64,000 nucleotides of DNA from Trichosphaerium sp. ATCC 40318 (Eukaryota > Protista > Tubulinea). Shown piece by piece: positions 51,005 through 63,036 of this stretch. The notes below the pieces were generated by a model. It was given only the letters and a program-made list of their open reading frames with translations, searched no databases and was not told the origin of the DNA. The position numbers were made by a program, and so were the translations under genes. Location: assembly GCA_038496445.1 (NCBI GenBank), contig JALMLS010000093.1, positions 620,001 to 684,000 of the forward strand. The letters are read 5' to 3'. Numbering within the stretch: the first letter of the stretch is position 1; each line of letters begins with the position of its first letter.

Positions 51005-51856
51005 ATGAACAAACGTCCAGCGAACCATGTACCCACTGCTCTTCTTATAACCGACATTTTATACGAAATTACCAAAATAATGTTGTATATTGACACAAAG
51101 AGCGTTGTACAATTCAAATCAACTAATAGCTATTTCCGTAACCGCATTTCCGATATTAAATGGTGTAAAACAAGTACTCTGAAGGATATAGCTGTGCTAG
51201 AGAAGATATGTATTACAGAGACACAAGAGACAAAGCAAAGATTAATTACGCACGTGCTAAACAACGAAGTACTTTTATTCGGTGTTATCAAAGATGAAGG
51301 TCCTCATAAGTCGCTATGGGATATGGCGGTATCACATGTACTACGATGGGCACAGTACAACAATCATACAGTTTTTACTTTGGACGATGTCAAGAAGTAT
51401 TGCGCTTTAGACCTTTCAAAAAACCGTGGGCCAAAAATCCGACCTACCATTCTTCAAATGTCAGAAAATTATGAGTTTCTTTGTAATGTATGCAACATTG
51501 TTTACGATTCTGCATGGATAATTGATGACAGAATATATTGCTACAAATGTTTCTACCTTAGAAGGACGCTGTTCGCTTTGAATCACTATTGCACAGGGCG
51601 TCAGATGCACTGGGGAAGAGCTAAGCTGTTTCGTGTTGATGAAGCAGGTACAGAGTTTGTTGAAGACGAGGATAACTTTGATGTTAAATGTCTTCAAGAG
51701 ATTACAACAGCTATAAAAAAATACCCGGAATTAGCATCTAAATGGCTTTCAGACGACGTTGAGATATATGTGCTATATTTCGTTCAAATGGATATCGACC
51801 TTGTCGAATTAGGCGCTATATTCGTACCAAAATTAAAAAAACAACAACAAGGTTAA
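51005..51856 (+). CDS. Intronless 283-aa protein, F-box-like N-terminus and CxxC...CxxC motif
   Basis: Long uninterrupted ORF; LLITDILYEITKIMLYIDTKSVVQFKSTNSYFR; CNVC-x13-CYKC. Confidence 0.65.
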   Translation: MNKRPANHVPTALLITDILYEITKIMLYIDTKSVVQFKSTNSYFRNRISDIKWCKTSTLKDIAVLEKICITETQETKQRLITHVLNNEVLLFGVIKDEGPHKSLWDMAVSHVLRWAQYNNHTVFTLDDVKKYCALDLSKNRGPKIRPTILQMSENYEFLCNVCNIVYDSAWIIDDRIYCYKCFYLRRTLFALNHYCTGRQMHWGRAKLFRVDEAGTEFVEDEDNFDVKCLQEITTAIKKYPELASKWLSDDVEIYVLYFVQMDIDLVELGAIFVPKLKKQQQG

Positions 51857-52070
51857 TGAAGATATTGCCGTGGTATCACAAAACTGTGTTGTATAAAACT
51901 GAGCATCTCCATAAAAGGTATTTTGTGCCTAAACCAGAAACTTGCTGGATCCAGTTTTGTATTAACCCACACTTTCAAGTCTACGTGGTGTTTTTGGTAG
52001 ACGCTTAAGTTTCGGAACTGTTTCACCAATTGGGACAATGGTAAGTTACTTTCTCTTGATTTGTATCTGT

Positions 52071-54382
52071 ATGGCTTCACTTGCGACTGTCAAGGTGGCA
52101 AGTAGACTAGTTGTTATTTTTATGATCCTATGGAGTTTTACCAACGCTAGTACGTAAATAAAAGTATTCTACGCTCTTGATTACGCCTAAGTATTAACAT
52201 TTAGCTGTTCCACAGTTTCAAGTTAATGTTGGTACGTTTTTAACCAAAACACCTCAATTGTGCTACAAACAGCTCTCACATCATGCTACTACTAAATTTC
52301 GCATTGTAACGGCATAATAGCGAGCACAGCCAACTACACACCAAATGACGTTGCTATCACTTCGGATGGCCTTCTTGCAGTAGCAGCGGGGATAATACCA
52401 GCGGGCTCTATTTATTTTTTCCAAATAGGAACAGGTACAAAAAAAAAAACCGAATTGTTGTGACTTTGCAATTGACCAAGGCCTTTATTTACTTTGAATG
52501 CTTCTTTTACCTTGCCATCGCACGTGCATCAAATACTTTCAATTTATGCTGGCGCCAGGTTTGTTGCCTGTACAGTTAAGCGTGTACAGTATAGCTCCCT
52601 GTTTTTTGCAACCTGATCATTGTGAATCATCGTTGACATTTGGTAGGAGCACTACTACACAACATAACAAAATTCTATACTATTAATGGTCCTGATGAGT
52701 TTCGTGTATTGCATCCTAGGAGCTTGGTTATAACTGACTCCGGAAAATTGTATGCCGTCAAAAGTATTATACACGATGTGGTACATGACTCCACTAGCTG
52801 TTATTTTACTGACACGTGTAAAGGTCATTTTTGACTCTAACAGAACGAACGTTGGCGGGTTCTCTCTGGACTATAACAGTACGTTTCGGTGCTCGGATAG
52901 AGCCAAGAACTTTAATTTGATTGTTTGTTGTAGTTCCATTAAGTTGTTTAAGTACTTCACAACCTTTTTCTGACTTCAGCTGGCAACAAATTTCAATAAA
53001 TCCAAGCGAAACACTTCTAGCTATTATGCTACATAATGGTTTGGTGGTCATAGTAGATGCCAACGATGGTAATAGTGACTGTACTTCAGTGCTTTTTAAT
53101 AACATCTTTTTAAAGGAAGCTTTTCGTCTTGTGTTTGGGTAACTCAACAAGTAGATAGTGACTTCGGAAATGGAGTGCTATTTATTGATGACCAAAACCT
53201 TCTTGCAACAAGGACACTTAATAATACATTCTCTTCAGTTTACCTATTGAATCATACACGTAAACATTTTATTTGCTGTAGCGGCCAGGCTTGTTTACTA
53301 CATTTTTACTAGTATCACAGGAATTAGCCCTTAACAAACTATTAGAATTAGCCCATTAAAAAAACTATTATGTGATCGTGCACAAGGAGGTTATATTATA
53401 GGATCATATATGAACTATATGTTCTTAAGAGATGAAGCTATAGTACATAACGGCAACGCTACTCTGATACCTTTTGGAGTTTGTTTCGAAGGTTCCAAAA
53501 GGCAAGGTGTACCATGTTCAGGAGCAATAAGTTTATCTAATGGTACCTAACTTTCTTTACAATATAGTCTCTGAAGTTCATTGTTTAGGCAGCATGATTG
53601 TGTTTAGTCCCCACCAACTAGCGATGTACTCTCCGTACATTTCAACACCATCAACAACACCACCTCCAACAACTCCTCCAACGACTACATCGCCAACAGC
53701 TGTGATTCCATCTGAGTCACCTTCCGATGTACCGGTTGCTTCACCTATAGCGCCTGCGTATTGTGAATTATCTTCGTGTGTGAATGTTACTGTCACCAAC
53801 ACTACAATCATACTCACTCGAACGCTCAGATTCAACGGTAAGTGATTATTTATATGCGTTAATTGATCTCCTTTTTCTAGGTATTACAAATATCAATTAC
53901 GCAACTATCACAGTAAGCAATGTTCTTAATGGCACAGATGCAGTAATCGTATTTGCCGACTACTGCCCGATACTTGTTAATGTTACCATTAAAGTGAATA
54001 AATCACTAAACATCGATGAGACTATCGATCTCTTGGATGTTCCTAGCTACTGCACCTTGTTACATCGCAGATAACTGTATTTATTCCAGGTATACCAGAA
54101 GTGTGTCTTACTGAAGGTACTCGGTTCACACATACATTGCTGAGTACTTATCATAATTTAGAGATAAGAGTTGGTAGGCTTATTTTACTTGGTGGAAGTT
54201 GCAACAATAAATCATTATCTGATGCCTCTTCAGGACCTATACCTTTGTGGACATGGGTAGTTGTTGCATGTATCATAGTCATTGTTGTCATATTATCAGT
54301 TTCAGTGTGGCAAATATATTCAAGAAGATCAAGGAAAGAGCCTAATCTGCCAGTGATGGCGGACTATAATTTCACCGAATAG
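52071..54382 (+). CDS. Type I membrane protein (beta-propeller-like ectodomain, Pro/Thr stalk, single TM); apparently frame-disrupted
   Basis: Signal MASLATVKVASRLVVIFMILWSFTNA; PNDVAITSDG; PSTTPPPTTPPTTTSPT; TM LWTWVVVACIIVIVVILSVSVW followed by RRSRK. The frame breaks at a T-run (~52411-52420) and at a 24/26-bp tandem duplication (~53320-53370). Confidence 0.55.
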
Positions 54383-54815
54383 TATGGTAAACCAACGGTA
54401 GAATCACGTGGTTGGTATGCCAGTGAACGACCAACTGTAGAGAGTTCTAGCTAACGATTTAGAGAACTGGTGTAGAGAAGTGTGAAATAAACAACAAAAG
54501 CGCTTTTTTATTCTTATCGACGTAACATAACATTACTTTAATAATCCAACCATAGTAGTTTTTTTAGAATGCACAACGTATTGATGGGAAAAATAAAAAC
54601 ACCTCCATCTTTGTCGCAAAAACGGAGAAATTCGCTTTTTTTTGGTGAACTGCCGCGTAACGGAAAAATTACGGATGCGTACACAAATAAAAAAGAACAC
54701 TAGTTATTAAGCTGAAACTATATATTGGACTGTTGTTACACCTAAACCCTGACTAATCTGATCAGTCTGACTAAATTGGAAATAGTCTTGTAAAACTACT
54801 TGCGAAGCACCGCAT

Positions 54816-57800
54816 ATGCTCAGAATTATAACATTGCTGGTACTACAGGAACTAAACTATGATTTGAGCTAAGTACAATAAAGGTTTTGCTAGCAGGAGC
54901 TTGCGCAGCGCTCAAAATAGGCCTGTACACAACAGAGGCTTCTCATACTATGTACGAACAAATAATAGTACCATGAATAGTTATTGTCATATTTACTTTA
55001 AACATAGCCTCAAAAGCGCTGCTGAGGAAGCAATAAGCGTTATACAAACAGAAGTAGGTGTAGCAATAGACTTATTCACAGCAAACTATTCGAGTTTTGC
55101 GGGGTCGGCACTAGAAGTTGCAAACGCTATTTTAGCAGATTTACAGGCCAATGGCGCAACCGTGTACTTGGGAGAAGAGCCGAACATTTTTTTGTCCCAC
55201 ATATTAGATGACGCCCAAGTACGCAGCAGTAGGACCACTTCGTTGGCCTAAAGTGTTCATTGCCTTTCTTTTTTGGTTGCGAAACTTTCTTTATTTGCTG
55301 ACTTGTTTTTTCTCTAGATTGCTCACATGAGCCTTGGCGCTTCTGACTTGATACCAGAACCATTCGCCTTTTCTACTTTCCCTACTTTGGAAACTTTTGC
55401 ACTTTCAACAAAAGCTGCTCTACAACACTACCAGTGGCTTAGTATAGCTGTAGTAGTAGATTATATCGATGCCTCTTTCCCTCATGCGGAAGGTACATAA
55501 CCAAAAACGTTTCTTCGTACTTTTATTTGCTGTTTTTTGTGGATTTTTATCCTGCTTTCGTTGTGTTAGTTGACACGTTCTAGCTTATGCTGCCTTCGCT
55601 TCTGCCGAAGGAAATACTATTGCAGAAGTTGTTCCTACAATAATATCACCAAGTAACACGCTCACACAAGAAGTACAAAACGGCACTGATCAAACACAAA
55701 TTATTGTATGTTTTTGTGGCCCAGAACAAACGCAAGCACTACTTAATACACTAAGGTAAAAATCAACAGCGTAATACATTTATCTTTCTTATACGATCGT
55801 TAGCAATAACATTACCAACCCATCTGGAATTTCGCTTGTTCTTCAAGTATCACAGAACATTTTGAAGAATCCAGTGTTTGATGTCAATAAAGTAGCCCTT
55901 CTCGGCCTCTTTACAATACTAGACACAGATTTCCAAACAGCGTACCCTACACAAACAACGATTGCAGCATACATACATGACGCAGTTTTAGCTGTTGGTA
56001 GAGTCAGTGCTATTGTACGTATTTGCTAAAGAAGCTGCTAGGCTATTTGCTTAATATACACTAGGCGCCTGAAACAAATGACACTGTAACAATATTCTCA
56101 AGATTGGCAGGATACAAAGTATTGAATGGAGCTACAGGAACATTTAAGCTATCTTCCACTGCCGAACGTGCCACGTATGTTTTTTTTGATGCAAATAGTG
56201 AAAGTACTCATGTTTCAATAGGTTAAATCTATTTCAGTATACAGCCGCATCTGGGAATACTATGATTGCAATGACAGGACAGGCTGGTACTTTTGAAGTT
56301 GTATCGGAACCAGTTTACCCAGCGGGGGCTGTTATTAAAGGTACGAAATTGTACGTTGACCCCATTAACGTTATTCCAAAGGTACTATAACAATTGGTTA
56401 CCTTGTGGCTACAGGAGAAGGTGGAGATCGTCAGGGTAACGACTTGCTTGTACACTGGCATGAAGTTACAAGAATGGCAGTACAGGTACATCTTTTATAT
56501 GTGACTAAGTATGGATCCTTCGCTTAAACCAACTGTTAAGTCCATCTTAATTTCTCTTTCTGTGTACGATGGCTTGAAGCCTTACTAAAAATTGTAGGAT
56601 GTAAATGCTGACGATACTGTTCTAAAAGATTATACTTTAAGAGTAATATACTATGATACAGAGGTAAGCTGTTTCTAATACCAATGTTAATTTATTTGCT
56701 TTAGTACAACCAAAGTAAAGCAGTAGAAGGCTCTAGATTAATGATAGATTCAGACATACCTCTAGTTATTGGTGCAGGAAGTTCTGATAACTCGATTATT
56801 TCGTCACTGGTCCTTGGCACAGCAAATGTTCGAAACCAGTATTTTATTTATAAAATGTGTAACTCATAACTACTAGATTCCCCAAGTTTCCTTCTTTTCA
56901 ACTGCCAATATTCTTTCTGACGATGATACGTATAGAAGTTTCTCACGTATCATACCAGCCGATAAGTTTATGGCAATTGCATGGGCTAGAATTATTAAAG
57001 AAACAGGATGGAAAAAAGTAATAACATTGAACACTCAAGAACAGTATTCAGTCGAAGGTATGGAGTTGTGTAACTAATTGCCTCTTACTAACAGTTTCAA
57101 TGTAGCCACTGATGCCTTTCTGGGAGAAGCAACTAAACTTGGGTTGGAGGTTATTCGTGAGCCAATAGACTTTGCAGTAAACGAAACAGTTGATTCGTTT
57201 GATCCAACTGTTTTGGAGAGAATTAAAGCAACTGGTATCAAGATTATGTTATGTCTTTCTTCAGATGACCGAACACCTATCCTACTTAAAAAAGCAAAGT
57301 AAGTAAAGTGGTAGCCTCTTAGTTAGCAATAGACTCTTTTTTAATTAACTTTTAGGCAACTTGGCATGCTTGGATTAAATTCCGGTTATAACTGGTTATT
57401 TGCTGATGCTTTCCTTTGATTGTTCCTAAGGAGGCATTCCCAGATAATGACGACTTGTTTGGTGTCATTACATTGAAGTGCGTTGCTTATTTTGAAAAAA
57501 ACTGTCTCCTGGTTTTTTCTTCTTTTTTTCTCTTATGACGCTAATTTTTTATAGTCCTGATAATGGCGTTACAAGTACAAAACATGACGAAGTTGTTGAC
57601 AGGTTCCAATCTGGAGTATACTCTTCAGAGTACGTTTTTTCCTTTCATTTTGTCATTTTGGTTTTGTTCTTTCTTCGGACGTTACGTTGATTAGTTGTGT
57701 AGGTTTCCAGTTTCATCTAGTCCTATCGGTATAGAACATTTTGACACTAGTTTTGGTCCTCAGTGTTATGACTCCGTATGGCTAGCCTCTATGACTATTG

Positions 57801-59430
57801 AACGAGTACGTGACCAAATCTCAAATTCTAATCGACTAAACTTATCGCTAAACGAGCATAGGTATTGAAAGCCGGTGGAGACGTTTATGATGGTAATCTT
57901 GTGCGAAAAGAGCTAAGAAATATCACTTTCACTGGTGTATCAGGAAGAGTAGAGCTTGATCCTACTGGAGAGTATATCAGCCCTCAATACCTAATTTTGA
58001 ACCACAAAAACGGCTCTTTGCAAGGAGTAGGCAGATGGGGAGATGCTATCGGCATACAAATCTTCGGAGATCTTCGTTACTCCAACGGACTTACTGAACC
58101 TATACCTGACTTTCTTGAGTTGGATTTACCTATCAAATTCGTCGAATGGGATAGTGGTTTGGCTATTGCAATTACTACATTTACAGTTCTTGTAATCATT
58201 ATTTTGGTATGTCAAGAACATTTTTTTCTTTGGTTTGAAGCTGACGTACTTTTATAGATTGTAACAGCAGTTCTTGTAGTAATTTACCGTGAAACATCTA
58301 TAATCGCTGCATCTAGCCCTGTCTTCTTGGAAGTTATCCTAGCAGGTTTGATACTCGGTTGTGTTACAGTCTTTTTCTTGTACGGCTTTTATAATTATCC
58401 TTCCATTATTAGTTATAAGTACTAACCCTTGTTTTAGTGTTGGAGAACCAACAAAAGGTGCTTGTATTGCTCGTACTTTTACTGGGTTTATTGGATTCAC
58501 CTTGAGTGTTGGGTACGTTAATATACTTCATTATCAACCTGCTTATTCTACAAAAGAGCTCTTGTTGCCAAGAATTGGCGTCTATACAGATTATTTGATG
58601 AGAGTTCACTTAAAGTGTTCACAATCACAAACACTCAATTGTTTGGATTTATTGGCGGTATCGGCGCTTTGCCATTGGTAGGCTTGCACATCATCAAATG
58701 CATACTAACATAATTGCTTTAGCTTGTTTTGATACTGTGGGCCATCATTGATCCAGAACATCCCGAGTTTGTTACAAACGAGGCAAACACTTTCAAGATT
58801 CACCGTTGTTTCTCTAACAATGAGGTTGTATGGCCAGCTATAACCTTTGGTTACTCCGTACGTAGCTTTTCCATCGGTTTTCCCTCTTTTCCCACAACGC
58901 ACGTGTGTGATTATGAACTTGAAGTAATGATTTTTAGTTTATTGTTGTATTGTTTGGAGCTATTGTGTCCTTTAAAACAAGGAAACTACCGGGCTTGTTC
59001 AAGGAAGCGCTCTATCTAGCTTTAGCTCTATGGAATCTTATTGTCTTCAGTCTATTCATACCAGTCGCGTATGTTATTGAAGATGCTCAAGCAAGTTTTA
59101 TGGTTGCTATGCTTGGCATGTTGTTGGCTATTGTAGGATTCTTCTCGATGTTGTTCATACCAAAGTTTTACCTTATCTTCTTCAAACCACATAAGCATGT
59201 CCGCAGTGTAAGCTTACTATATAATAGCGTACTATGGTATTAACATAATATTATAGAGAACTGATACACCAACAAATAGTGGCGCACCAGGAATAAGCAC
59301 ACCAAGTACGCCAAGAGTTTTTTAGTTTGGTTGATTTATTTACTTAACTTTTAACCTAGGATCCATGTCTATGTCTACATCTCAACCAGACTCTCCTAAA
59401 GAATCTTCTGGTAATCCATACAACTTATAA
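54816..59430 (+). CDS. Class C (GABA-B/Grl-like) GPCR with two tandem Venus-flytrap domains
   Basis: VFT1 (LKIGL...YIHDAVLAV...GATGTF); VFT2 (ITIGYL...VIGAGSS..IPQVSF..STANILSD..YRSFSRIIPAD..GWKKV..YDSVWL..FTGVSGRVELD); 7TM_3 (ASSPVF, LVAKNWRLYRLF, FKEALY, LFIPKFY); TAA at 59428-59430. One apparent frameshift near 57415. Confidence 0.9.
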
Positions 59431-59975
59431 ACACCTGATAATGGATGGTTTCTTTTTGAAAAGTCAAAAATGATCATATTCACCATTAAAAATCACATGT
59501 TACACAATCACAATAAATTACTTCATTACATTTTTGCAACTATTAGTTTTTCTTCTCAGTATCCTTGCACTGTACTTCTTTAGAAGTAAATCCTATCCTC
59601 TCTGTTCTTCTTACCGTCAACGTGAGTACAGTATCAGTAAACGTTGTTGTTGTGGATGTAAAAGTTGAAAGCAGGGCCGCTTATAGTACACTCCAAGTCT
59701 AATGTCTCAGGCTACTGCATCATACACAGGTTACCTTTGGATGGCTTTTGTGTTACAGAGGGTGTAGAAGATCGCTTGGTGTTGCTTACGACTCTGTGTT
59801 TATGTACTAAACGTGTCACGCATTCATGAAAACTGTTCTTTTTTGAAACTACTTGACTCTAAACAATTGTCTCGTGTAACGTATCTTTACCCTACGTCTA
59901 CTACGTGTGACGCTCTAAGGAAATGTCTATGAATAATTCTATTTGAACAAACTAAGCCAGTAATACACTATATTA

Positions 59976-62319
59976 ATGGAAGAGAGCATTGGTTTGGATA
60001 TATGGAAGCTTGTACTGTTAGGGTTGATAATACTCTTAATAGTACTATGGGCAGCTGTAATACGCTTACACCCTTTTATAACACTCATAATTGGCACGTG
60101 ATAGAATCAGAGCGTAACAGCTTCAAGAATAAACAAAAACACTCGTAACAAAAGCGTAGGGTCTCTCCTATACGCAGCGCTGTCAGGAGCTAAATTTAGT
60201 AGCGTAGTAGACGCTGTTCAAGTGGGTATTGGTGACACTATGAAGAGTATAAGTATGATAATTGTTTTCGGCACAATAATAGGTCCGTACATGGCTTGCT
60301 ATTTTGTCATGTGATAATTACCTTCTTCAATAGGAAAATTCATATCTGTGTCAGGAGCTGCAAAGAAAATGGCATCTAGTTTAGTATCTCTTGTCGGAAG
60401 GTATAACATAGGATACGCCATGAACATTACCGGTGCGATTATAGCTATACCAGGTGCGCCTAATGAAAAAAAAAACCCCGCCTTGCTACTTTTTGGCTTT
60501 GGAGTTTATCGCCAACATGTATTAGTATTTTCAGACTCAGCGTACTTACTATTGTCGCCACTAAACAGAGCGCTTTGCCAAAAATCAGGTAACATCAGCA
60601 GTGCATAGACCTTTTGTAACTTGGTTCTTAGGATGGAATATGAGCGGTCCTCTGATGTCTATGGTATTGGGTATTATAAGTACACATGCGTTGGTACCGC
60701 CTACACCTGGACCTACTGCTGCGGCAGGTATCTTAGAGGTTAAAACTTGTAAAAACCTGTGATGACATCTGACCTTGCTTTTGTAGGCAGACTTAGCGCT
60801 AGTCATAGGGATAGGACTTATAACAGCTCTTGGTACAGCAAGTGTTGGTTGGATATACGCACAAGTTTGGGCTAGTAGAACAACCCTTGATGCATTTGGA
60901 AAAGAAGAATCTATGGTATGTTATTTTCAAAATAAAAAGTAGGAAAATAGTTGATAAAAAATTATTTATTAAGAATAAACCTCCATCCTATGGTACAGTT
61001 GATATCAATGAAGAACGTAAAAAGAACGGACCGAATATAATTCTTTGTTACGCACCAATTATTATACCCATGGTGTTGATAGGTGAGGAACAGTAGAACT
61101 TGATTATAGGCGGTTTTTTTTAAAACAAGTTGACTGAAATGTCACTCTTTAGGTATGAAGGCAATAGCAGAACTTGATAGTCACCCGTTCGGAAGTGGTG
61201 TTATCTTTGATATTATGACATTTATTGGAAACCCTAATATTGCTCTTTTATTGGGTTGCGGTTTAAGTCTATTCCAAATGCCTAATTTCAACATCGAAAT
61301 GATGTCTACAAAGGTTCGTTAAAGCAATCTACACGTGCTTAACTATAATATCAAAGGGTATTATTGGTGAAGCTATTATGGAAGCTTCTGTCATATGTTT
61401 GATTACAGCTGCAGGTGGAAGTTTCGGAAACGTTTTAAAAGAATCACAAATAGGTAGCCAAAACCAAAACGTCTTGTTTCTTAAAAAATTCTCACTCATA
61501 TTACAACGTCTGTTAGGTGAATTTATAGGAGACTCTTTGCAAAAAGCCAACCTAGGTATTTGGATACCTGTTGTTATTGCAATATCCATAAAAGCTGCAC
61601 AAGGTTTGCCCTACAGCTAAAGTTGTTCAGAATATTGAGTTTTCTTTCTAGGGTCAACAACAGTTGCTATTCTGACAGCAGCATCCGTAATGAAAGATTT
61701 AATGGATCCCCTCGGATTTACTTCTCAGTTTGAAAAAGCACTTGTCGTGACAGCTATCGGAGCAGGTAGGTACAAACAAAAACTACATCGTTTGTGGAAT
61801 TGGAAAAACAACTAAAAACAATTTGGACTGTATCACACTTGTTGACACCAAGACAACATTCAGTTATACTTTCAATCCTTAGTGCTATTTGTTGTAGGTT
61901 CATATTTAATCTAATAGCTATAATTAGGAGCAATGGGATTTGCACATGTTAATAATTCTTTCTTTTGGATTTTATGTCAGTTTGATAATATTCCTGTTAA
62001 CACAGCACTTAAAATTTACACACCTGGGACAATAGTAATTGTACGTTTCACTTTAAAAATAAACATCTGGAGTAAACAACAATCTAATGCTATCTTCTTT
62101 TTCTAGAGCATTGCTGGAAGTTTTCTGGTAACCAAAAAAAACTCACGTGTCCACTTTAAAATACTTAAGTTGTGTTAACTTGGATTGTTCTAGGTATGGC
62201 TAATATCAATTCATATGGTGGCTGGATTCGCCGCTTGTAGTGCTTTATTTCTTGTTACTACAGGTATTTCTATAGTACAAAGAGTACGATACCGAGAAAG
62301 AAATTACCAAATACTTTAA
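59976..62319 (+). CDS. GntP-family (gluconate:H+ symporter/DsdX-like) permease, intron-rich
   Basis: LHPFITLI, IIVFGTIIG, SGAAKKMA, IPVFSDSA, THALVPPTPGP, FIGNPNIAL, LITAAGGSFGNVL, IKAAQGSTTVA, AHVNNSFFW; TAA at 62317-62319. Confidence 0.92.
60094..60159 (+). other. GC-AG spliceosomal intron (66 nt)
   Basis: ATT G|gcacgtgatag...gcgtag|GG TCT restores the GntP-like LHPFITLIIGSLLYAALSG; the unspliced frame hits TGA immediately. Confidence 0.75.
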
Positions 62320-63036
62320 AACCTAAGTAAAGTTGTTTGTTACAAGAACATTAACCATGATTATTGCAATATCAACCTTGGCAATATGCGTCCTGACAAC
62401 TCTTTGAAAACCATAAAAATTATTTGATGTTAAGATGTAGGTATTGTCCTTGTTGGACTTAGGCTGTTACATTAATTAGAAGTTACATGAGACTGGTTAT
62501 GTTTTGTTTCAAAATATTTCTTATTTGAGTTAACGTTACGAAGTAAGGGATTGAGTTTATTGTACAGGGAATATTCAATTCAAAAGATTGTGAAAAAAAT
62601 ATTGTATGTTACAAAGTTATGAGCTTGCAGATAGTGTAACAAGTCTATTTAATTTCTTTAAAATCTTTTTGATTTTTTTTGTTTTATCTTGATACCTATG
62701 TCCAGTTATTAGAACATGCTCAAGGTTTACCAAACCAGTAACCATCTTTTCAAAATTATCAATATCTAAGTACATATAGATAGGACAACGATAATCTAGA
62801 ACCTTAATAGAACTACACCTAAACAGAAATTAGATCAAGACAATAACTTCTTTTTTTTTTTTTGGTACCAGACAGGTGTAGCCAAAACCAACTTTATTAA
62901 TGTCTCTCTATCTTCTTCGTATTCTCCAAAAATACCTATATACAATGTATTTATAGGGTAGTTGAAAAAAGAAGCAAGAACAGATCTATCAAGCCTACAT
63001 GAACATCAGAAATACTTTCCAAAAAAAGAACTAAGC

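Larger units (their letters stand above)
1383..62149. promoter_or_regulatory. Dispersed, highly iterated CACGTG (E-box/G-box) palindromes, at least 55 copies
   Basis: Hand-counted copies include 1383, 1437, 1645, 5478, 6593, 7939, 10671, 13456, 15082, 15398, 17972, 18449, 18479, 19615, 20368, 21650, 24388, 28624, 33973, 38505, 48492, 54405, 60095, 62144. Function is not shown by the sequence. Confidence 0.6.

Noticed and set aside
57411-57419. CTT TGA, resembling the bacterial prfB +1 frameshift site or a Sec codon
   Set aside because: The continuation is in the -1 frame, not +1 or 0, and the context is eukaryotic; an indel is simpler.
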